A DNA stretch of 64,000 nt from an uncultured Candidatus Saccharibacteria bacterium (GTDB taxonomy: Bacteria > Patescibacteriota > Minisyncoccia > 2-02-FULL-40-12 > GWA2-44-9): contig CAZENF010000002.1 of assembly GCA_964513645.1 (NCBI GenBank), positions 8,090 through 72,089 of the forward strand, written 5' to 3'. Within the stretch, counting starts at the first letter, position 1, and each line of letters opens with the position of its first letter. The translations under genes and the position numbers were made by a program. Positions 58,048 to 64,000 of this stretch are shown piece after piece. Below the pieces are notes generated by a model. The model was not told the DNA's origin. It saw only the letters and a program-made list of their open reading frames with translations, and ran no database searches.

Positions 58048-59484
58048 TTATTTTACCGGGGCACATTTCTTATTATATTTAACATCGATCTGAGAACAAA
58101 TATATTTTTGTTTCTCTGCTGGGTAAATGTTGCTTTCCTGCCAGATCAAATTATTATAACAAGCGATTTTTTGTTCTTCGGTAAGAAGAGGGTTAGCGCA
58201 AAACGCTAAGGGCTTGGTATATTCCAGATCAGGCGTACCAACCTCGATCAAACCCTCAATGTATCCTTCAATACACGGGGTGACCAGTCTTTTCTGAAGA
58301 GATTGGCAAACTTTTACCTGTTTTGAATAATCAGCCAGGTCCCACCCCGATTGTCCGTTAACATCCGACAAACTTCTCATGGTAGAAATGGCGTATTCAT
58401 CCTCTTTTATTGCTTCGACAAATTTAATAGCTTTTAAGAAATCGGAGTTGCTTATCGCCATTAGGTACGTGTTCATCTCCTCATAGCAAGTCAGTTTGGC
58501 ATAATCTTTTTCTAAGCTCCGACAATAAAAAAGAGGGTCGGACTCGTTCTTGCGCAACTTTCCTTGATTATATGCAATTGCCATTGCATTGAACACTCCG
58601 CTTCCGCAGCGGTTAAGCATCTGGGGGTTAGGCGCAACCTTTTCGCACAAGGCCAGAGCAGGCATCACGACCGATCTTTCATTCGGCCAATCATTGTCAT
58701 CATCAACCGCGCCATGACCGATACCATGATAACATTTCCCCAAAGTATCAGCACTTACATTTTTCATCTTATCGTAGGCATAATTACAAAAATCCCTTGC
58801 CACACTCAAGTCATTAGTTTCATGAAGAAGAGTTTGCATAAAGCCGTGATAAAATCCGAAACTGCAATAAGAAACTTTTTCCGGTAAGGTAAAGTTTTTG
58901 TGTTCAGAAAATAAATAATACGCTTTTTCTCCCAACTTATGGACCAAGCCGTGGCAGTAGTATTTAAAATCCGGGTCATTGTTATATGAGTCCGAGATCA
59001 TATTAAATGTTCCTTCCAATCCTTTGCTCTCAATAATAGAATCGATGTTGGTGTCCCAGCATTGAGCCCTATTTTCCTCCGAAACATGTACGCAATCAAC
59101 ATAAGGAATCTTACCGTCAGAGCCACGAACTTTGACTATCCCCTGGTAGTAAGGATCGAGGTGGTCATGGAATTTCCAATTACCGGCTTTATCGAACTTA
59201 AAGCTCCAAGATTTATCAGAGTCTATCGGACGTTTGGGATCAAATTCCGGGTACAAGGTGTGGGTCGGATGGATATCCGAAGCCGGCCAGAATGGTTTCG
59301 TAAGTCGGGTAGTGAAAACTACCATGTCGCCCTGGTTAATAGTTATGTTTGAGGGTGAAAAGCCGTCTTTGGTTAGAGAAATGTAGTAAGTGGCTGGCGA
59401 CTGATGGATAAAAAATTTAAACAGGTAAAAAGCCCCTAAAACAGCACAAAAAAGAATGAGAAGTAAGATCAGACGGTATTTCAT
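58048..59484 (-). CDS. Cupredoxin-like domain fused to Cys/His-motif domain
   Basis: ASDIHPTH, WKFHDH; CHGLVH, GFYHG, CYHGIGH. Confidence 0.78.
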   Translation of the reverse strand: MKYRLILLLILFCAVLGAFYLFKFFIHQSPATYYISLTKDGFSPSNITINQGDMVVFTTRLTKPFWPASDIHPTHTLYPEFDPKRPIDSDKSWSFKFDKAGNWKFHDHLDPYYQGIVKVRGSDGKIPYVDCVHVSEENRAQCWDTNIDSIIESKGLEGTFNMISDSYNNDPDFKYYCHGLVHKLGEKAYYLFSEHKNFTLPEKVSYCSFGFYHGFMQTLLHETNDLSVARDFCNYAYDKMKNVSADTLGKCYHGIGHGAVDDDNDWPNERSVVMPALALCEKVAPNPQMLNRCGSGVFNAMAIAYNQGKLRKNESDPLFYCRSLEKDYAKLTCYEEMNTYLMAISNSDFLKAIKFVEAIKEDEYAISTMRSLSDVNGQSGWDLADYSKQVKVCQSLQKRLVTPCIEGYIEGLIEVGTPDLEYTKPLAFCANPLLTEEQKIACYNNLIWQESNIYPAEKQKYICSQIDVKYNKKCAPVK

Positions 59485-59493
59485 CGACGATAA

Positions 59494-60699
59494 TTATCCC
59501 ACCCTTAATACTTTTTTGCATTCGGCCTTGTGAATTTCAGGCACCGTAGAACAAAATGACTTATAGTATCCGGGGTCTTTGATATAGTAGCTGACCATTC
59601 CAAAGAGATCTTCAAAACAAGGGTACTGGTAAACCTGGTCCGAAATAGAATTGCAAAACCTTATTGCACCGTCCGGCTTATTCTCCCCTCCCCAGTATAG
59701 AGAGGCGGTCGAATTTTCAATGCACGCCTGTGTTCCGTTCTTGTCATTTGCCAAAAGGCACCAAGCATAAACTTTCTGAAATTGTTCGGTTGTCATATCT
59801 GCAACATTTCTGATGTCCCGGTTCTGAGCCAGGACAATGAACTCTTTGCCAAATCCTCCGTAGCAAATATTCCGGTTTGGATCCGATAGCGGTAATTTAG
59901 AACAATACTGAAATGCTTTTGAGAAATCAGCCGGGCCGGGATGATTAATATCCGCTCCGGCAAATTCGAAAAGATACGGCGTTAAATAGGTATAGCACAT
60001 TAATTTCGCCCCGGAAGGGATTAAGTCCGTATCGCAGGGGGTCAGAGCATCATTCTTGGTAAAGTATATCTTTCTCTGACGCCCCCATGCGATCTTGTCG
60101 TGGAATCCCCCGCTTATCATCTCCATTATCGAACCTCCGACACATTGCGGATATTCCTGATAATTATATTCCGGCGTACCGGTCTTTTGGCACATCTCCA
60201 CCGTTTTTTTAAGGTCGTAATCCAGATACGCCAGGATACCATGACCAAGTCCGTGGAAACACATGGTATAGGCACCTGACCCCCCCGGAGCATGTCTGCA
60301 GGCATCAGAGATTGCGTCAAGAGCACTTTCGCCCTTATCAAAAAAGAGTCCAACCACGATAGAGTGCGAACAGGCGTTCCTGAAATCTTGGGTACATTTA
60401 TAAATACCTTTCAAACCTTCTTTTTTATACAAAACATCGCCGATCGCATGACCAAGGAGATGGAAGTCCGTATTCGGAGGCAAGTCAGCGGTTTTTAAAA
60501 CCTCAAAAGCATATTCAGGACTTTTTTGATTTGCGAGGTCCTCAAAATATTTTTTAAGCTCACTGAAAGACTGGGAATGTTTTTTCACGTCCTGAAGTTC
60601 TGGATAAGATGTTTTCTTAGAAGAGTAAGACCATACTAAAAGACCTGCCACCAGAACCAATAAAAAAAGACCTGAAAATATTTTATAAGACAGTTTCAT
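59494..60699 (-). CDS. Exported Cys-rich helical protein with His motifs
   Basis: FHLLGH, ACSHS, CFHGLGH. Confidence 0.75.
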   Translation of the reverse strand: MKLSYKIFSGLFLLVLVAGLLVWSYSSKKTSYPELQDVKKHSQSFSELKKYFEDLANQKSPEYAFEVLKTADLPPNTDFHLLGHAIGDVLYKKEGLKGIYKCTQDFRNACSHSIVVGLFFDKGESALDAISDACRHAPGGSGAYTMCFHGLGHGILAYLDYDLKKTVEMCQKTGTPEYNYQEYPQCVGGSIMEMISGGFHDKIAWGRQRKIYFTKNDALTPCDTDLIPSGAKLMCYTYLTPYLFEFAGADINHPGPADFSKAFQYCSKLPLSDPNRNICYGGFGKEFIVLAQNRDIRNVADMTTEQFQKVYAWCLLANDKNGTQACIENSTASLYWGGENKPDGAIRFCNSISDQVYQYPCFEDLFGMVSYYIKDPGYYKSFCSTVPEIHKAECKKVLRVG

Positions 60700-60723
60700 T
60701 AAAATATCCCGGCAAAGAATGGT

Positions 60724-61206
60724 TTATTTGGAACTTCGTGGTTTAGGGATCGATTTTGGCGTTCCGTTGAAGAAAACAGGGGCTGTATAACGGATCTCGG
60801 CCGCGGTGAATTTTTTAGTTCCCGTTATATTATCCGTAGCAATTATAACAACATTTGAATTGTTCGGATTATAGAGATCGGCAAGACTACCTTCTAAAGA
60901 ACCGGATTTCAAATTAGTCGGCGTATATTTACCATCTGGAGGAGGTATCAAGGTTATTTTTACAAATTTGGTATTGGAATTTGTTATAACCGATACCACT
61001 TCAGTTGGACCATAGGATTTGCCGTCAATCATGACCGTACCAGCAACAGATAGTTGAGTTTCGGTTATTCCGGCTATTTTACCCCTAAATTCAGAACTTT
61101 TTATATTGTCATTTTTAGACGGGAGACCTTTTGCAAAAAGTAAAACGACTGCGATCAGAAAGATCATTATCGCTATACTTGTCCCTTTCCGGCGTCGGGT
61201 ATGCAT
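60724..61206 (-). CDS. Membrane-anchored hypothetical protein (possible OB fold)
   Basis: N-terminal TM; G.I..I...L.V ... A..I pattern. Confidence 0.55.
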   Translation of the reverse strand: MHTRRRKGTSIAIMIFLIAVVLLFAKGLPSKNDNIKSSEFRGKIAGITETQLSVAGTVMIDGKSYGPTEVVSVITNSNTKFVKITLIPPPDGKYTPTNLKSGSLEGSLADLYNPNNSNVVIIATDNITGTKKFTAAEIRYTAPVFFNGTPKSIPKPRSSK

Positions 61207-61221
61207 AATTTAAGTATAAAT

Positions 61222-62655
61222 TTAGTTCCGAATATTATCAATAACGGAACTGATATGAGCTTTGAGGTCCTGAATCTTGATCCTGTCCTGCTTGGCAGTA
61301 TCCCTGTCACGAATCGTAACAGTATCTTTCAGCTCGGGTTTTTCTCCCAAAGTATCAAAATCGATGGTGATAGACAAAGGTGTACCTATCTCGTCTTGCG
61401 AGTAATAACGTTTACCGATGTTTCCCCGGTCGTCCCAGACAACGTTGAAGTGTTTCTTGAGGTCTTTATAGATCTCTCTGGCTTTTTCGACGAGTTCAGG
61501 CTTATTTTTAAGCAGAGGAAAAACCGCCGCTTTGTACGGCGCAAGCTTCGGGCTAAGTTTTAAAACGACCCTGTCCCCGTCCTCGTGATAAGCGTCGCAT
61601 AGAACAGCCAAAGCAATGCGGTCAACTCCGGCTGAAGGTTCTATTACATAGGGAACAAAAACTTCCCCGGAGTCAGGATCCCTGAACGACATATCCTGGC
61701 CTGAACTTTTCTGATGAGACTGGAGGTCAAAATCTCCCCGGTTGGCGATGCCTTCTATTTCTTTGGTGCCGAACGGGAAATCATATTCAATGTCGATGGT
61801 TTCTTTTGAATAATGGGCTCTTTCTTCTTTGGTCTGTTCTCTTTTGTGAACGTTTTTTAAGCCTATTTTCTTGTACCATTCAAAACGTGAAGCAACCCAT
61901 TCTTTAAAATATTTCTCATCTTCACCTGGTTTAACAAAATATTCTAACTCCATCTGTTCGAATTCCCTTGTCCGGAAAATATAATCTTTAGGGTTTATTT
62001 CATTACGAAAAGCTTTGCCTATCTGGGCAATACCGAACGGAACCCTAACTCTTGTTGAGTCGACGACATTATTGAAGTTAACAAAAATACCTCCGGCAGT
62101 TTCCGGACGAAGATAAGCAACCGAGGCGGTGTCTTCGGCCGGTCCGACAAATGTTTTGAACATTAAATTAAATGATTTGGCTTCAGTAAATTCTTTTCCT
62201 CCACAAACTTCGCATCCATTTTCCTTCAATTCCAAGGTTCTTTTTTTAAGAATTCTCTTACCCTCCTCTGCTACCTGCTCTCCAATGCTTTTTTCTATAT
62301 TTCTTTTGGGTCGGAATTGGTCTTCGGGTTTATATATATCTTCGGGCCTATATCTTTTATGACATTTCTTGCACTCAATTAATGGGTCTGAAAATCCTCC
62401 GACATGGCCGGAAGCAACCCAGGCTTGAGGATTCATTATCAAAGCGGCCGATAAGCCGACGACATCATCTCTTTCCCGAACAACCGACTTCCACCACTCC
62501 TGTTTAAGATTAAATTTGAGTTCTGCTCCAAGCGGCCCGAAATCATAAAAACCTCCGATGCCACCGTATATCTCGGAACCCGGAAATATAAAACCGCGCC
62601 GTTTGCATAAGGCAACTACTTTATCCAACAAATTTTGCTCTTTATTTTTTTCCAT
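61222..62655 (-). CDS. glyQS: Glycine--tRNA ligase (alpha2 type)
   Basis: LCKRRGF, YLRPETA, IGKAFRNEI, REFEQME, EGIANR, IEPSAG. Confidence 0.95.
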   Translation of the reverse strand: MEKNKEQNLLDKVVALCKRRGFIFPGSEIYGGIGGFYDFGPLGAELKFNLKQEWWKSVVRERDDVVGLSAALIMNPQAWVASGHVGGFSDPLIECKKCHKRYRPEDIYKPEDQFRPKRNIEKSIGEQVAEEGKRILKKRTLELKENGCEVCGGKEFTEAKSFNLMFKTFVGPAEDTASVAYLRPETAGGIFVNFNNVVDSTRVRVPFGIAQIGKAFRNEINPKDYIFRTREFEQMELEYFVKPGEDEKYFKEWVASRFEWYKKIGLKNVHKREQTKEERAHYSKETIDIEYDFPFGTKEIEGIANRGDFDLQSHQKSSGQDMSFRDPDSGEVFVPYVIEPSAGVDRIALAVLCDAYHEDGDRVVLKLSPKLAPYKAAVFPLLKNKPELVEKAREIYKDLKKHFNVVWDDRGNIGKRYYSQDEIGTPLSITIDFDTLGEKPELKDTVTIRDRDTAKQDRIKIQDLKAHISSVIDNIRN

Positions 62656-62671
62656 ACTACCTGATACTATT

Positions 62672-64000
62672 TTATTGTACTATTCCCTGCCCCGGCCGGT
62701 CAGACAGGTCATTTGTCGTAACCGGGTCTCTGGTAATTGTAATCGTCTGATTTGAAAAACTGTCAGTTCCGGCAAACTTGGGTCCGCCGATAAGCTGGAT
62801 GGAATTTCCTTTGTCGCTGTCTGCCGGTATAACTTTGACCCTGAAACTGGCTTCATACTTGCTACCAAGAGTTCCGGTCCCGTAAGGCAGTTTGGGCAGG
62901 TCCCAGACAACCGTCCCGGTGCTTGAATTATAGGCCGGTGACGGAAGGCCGTTGTTAGCCCATACCATATTATCCCATTGTACATTAGCCGGGAGCTTTG
63001 CGGAAACCTCGACGTTATTAATATCATTGCCGGGATTGGTCAGTTGCCAGTGAACATTGAACGAGGTCATATCTCCTACGTGCATCGGCAAAGGACCGAC
63101 CGACTGGAAATTCGGGTCATTATAGTAGACCGATTGGTTTAAGGCCGGCTGACTGCTTATTTTGGTGACAAGATTGGAAGATGCCGAGATTTGATTGCCG
63201 TCAAAACCTTCCGGAACATTCGGAGTCATGAATACGGATGAAACTTTTACGAAACGGTCCTGGGAAGAACCAGGTATTGCAGATGAGAAAGTCGGCTTGA
63301 GAGAGACTGAAAAATTTATCTGGCCGCTCATTCCAGGAACAAAATTATTAAAATCAGAAATAGTGGTCGAATCCCAGGTGATTGTTTTGGCCGAACTGTC
63401 ATATAGACCGCCGTTGGTGTTGAGGGTTCCAAGATTGAAAGTATCTCCTTCAAGTTTTACAACCAGGTTCATGCCCGAAAAATTTATATTTGAATTATTC
63501 GAATATTGGACGGTATAGGATAGGTTATCACCAAGAGAAGCGGTATAATCTGTCGAGTTATTTACTTGCATCCCCAAACCAAGAATGGGGTTCGATATCA
63601 CGGTTGTGGCCGAAGACTTCTGATAGTCAACGTAATCGCTGTCCAATTTTCGTTTCAGGATTACAGAGACCATTTTGTTGTCACCCTCGCTGCCGGTTAA
63701 AATTCCATTGACGGTTATCCTTCCGCCTTTGCCCTTTTTTATCGTATCAATATGCCAAGTATTATCACCGAGAACTGGCTGTGGGTCATAGCTTTTTGGA
63801 CGAAAACCGTCGGGATAATCAAACTCGACCATCAGATCAGAGAGATCGTCATCAGAAGTATTTCTATAATCGAGGATATACTGGGCGGTAGAACCCGAAA
63901 CAGAATTAGGTGGAGCGACCAGGGTTAAAGTTATCGGAGTTTTAACTATTGTGGTCGAAAAGGTTATGCTTTTCTCAAAATTAGAACTTAAGCTTCCCGC
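62672..64000 (-). CDS. Exported Ig-like repeat protein, 5' partial
   Basis: Frame open from 64000 to the stop at 62672; Y.N...V...LP...W.L..L repeats. Confidence 0.7.
   Translation of the reverse strand, partial: AGSLSSNFEKSITFSTTIVKTPITLTLVAPPNSVSGSTAQYILDYRNTSDDDLSDLMVEFDYPDGFRPKSYDPQPVLGDNTWHIDTIKKGKGGRITVNGILTGSEGDNKMVSVILKRKLDSDYVDYQKSSATTVISNPILGLGMQVNNSTDYTASLGDNLSYTVQYSNNSNINFSGMNLVVKLEGDTFNLGTLNTNGGLYDSSAKTITWDSTTISDFNNFVPGMSGQINFSVSLKPTFSSAIPGSSQDRFVKVSSVFMTPNVPEGFDGNQISASSNLVTKISSQPALNQSVYYNDPNFQSVGPLPMHVGDMTSFNVHWQLTNPGNDINNVEVSAKLPANVQWDNMVWANNGLPSPAYNSSTGTVVWDLPKLPYGTGTLGSKYEASFRVKVIPADSDKGNSIQLIGGPKFAGTDSFSNQTITITRDPVTTNDLSDRPGQGIVQ

Noticed and set aside
55329-60699. Multiheme cytochromes c
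   Set aside because: Cys/His spacing is CH, CxH or HxxxH, not repeated CxxCH.

Overview
64 kb of bacterial chromosome (genetic code 11, mostly minus-strand genes). Gene content and style point to a Patescibacteria/CPR (Parcubacteria-like) genome; this is inference. Core genes: pgk, tpiA, galT, dprA, topA, a short RelA/SpoT, parAB, folD, glyA, tsaC, rpsP, rnc, nusB, rpmF, dnaE, thrS, miaA, gatB, thyX, tmk, secE-nusG-rplK (no rplA follows), gyrB, a single-chain organellar-type PheRS, a GMP-reductase-like GuaB and alpha2-type GlyRS, plus tRNA-Leu(CAA) and tRNA-Asp(GTC). Four things stand out. (1) A surface locus at 47.9-61.2 kb: four paralogous exported Cys-rich proteins with a conserved HxxxH...H...HxxxH signature, two fused to a His-only cupredoxin-like domain, lie upstream of two coupled gene pairs whose large partners share a Cys-rich head and Tyr-rich Yx(Q/E)xxY repeats (one ends in a pilin, one is an FG-GAP adhesin). 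(2) Many long hairpin elements sit exactly at stop/start junctions, including a covarying leader shared by parA and nusB and a two-state leader shared by rplK and rpmF. (3) A four-helix-bundle gene is enclosed by heptamer-repeat inverted arms, and empty versions occur elsewhere. (4) An att-like duplication of the rplK 3' end brackets a one-gene mini-island. All family calls are by eye, with no database search.
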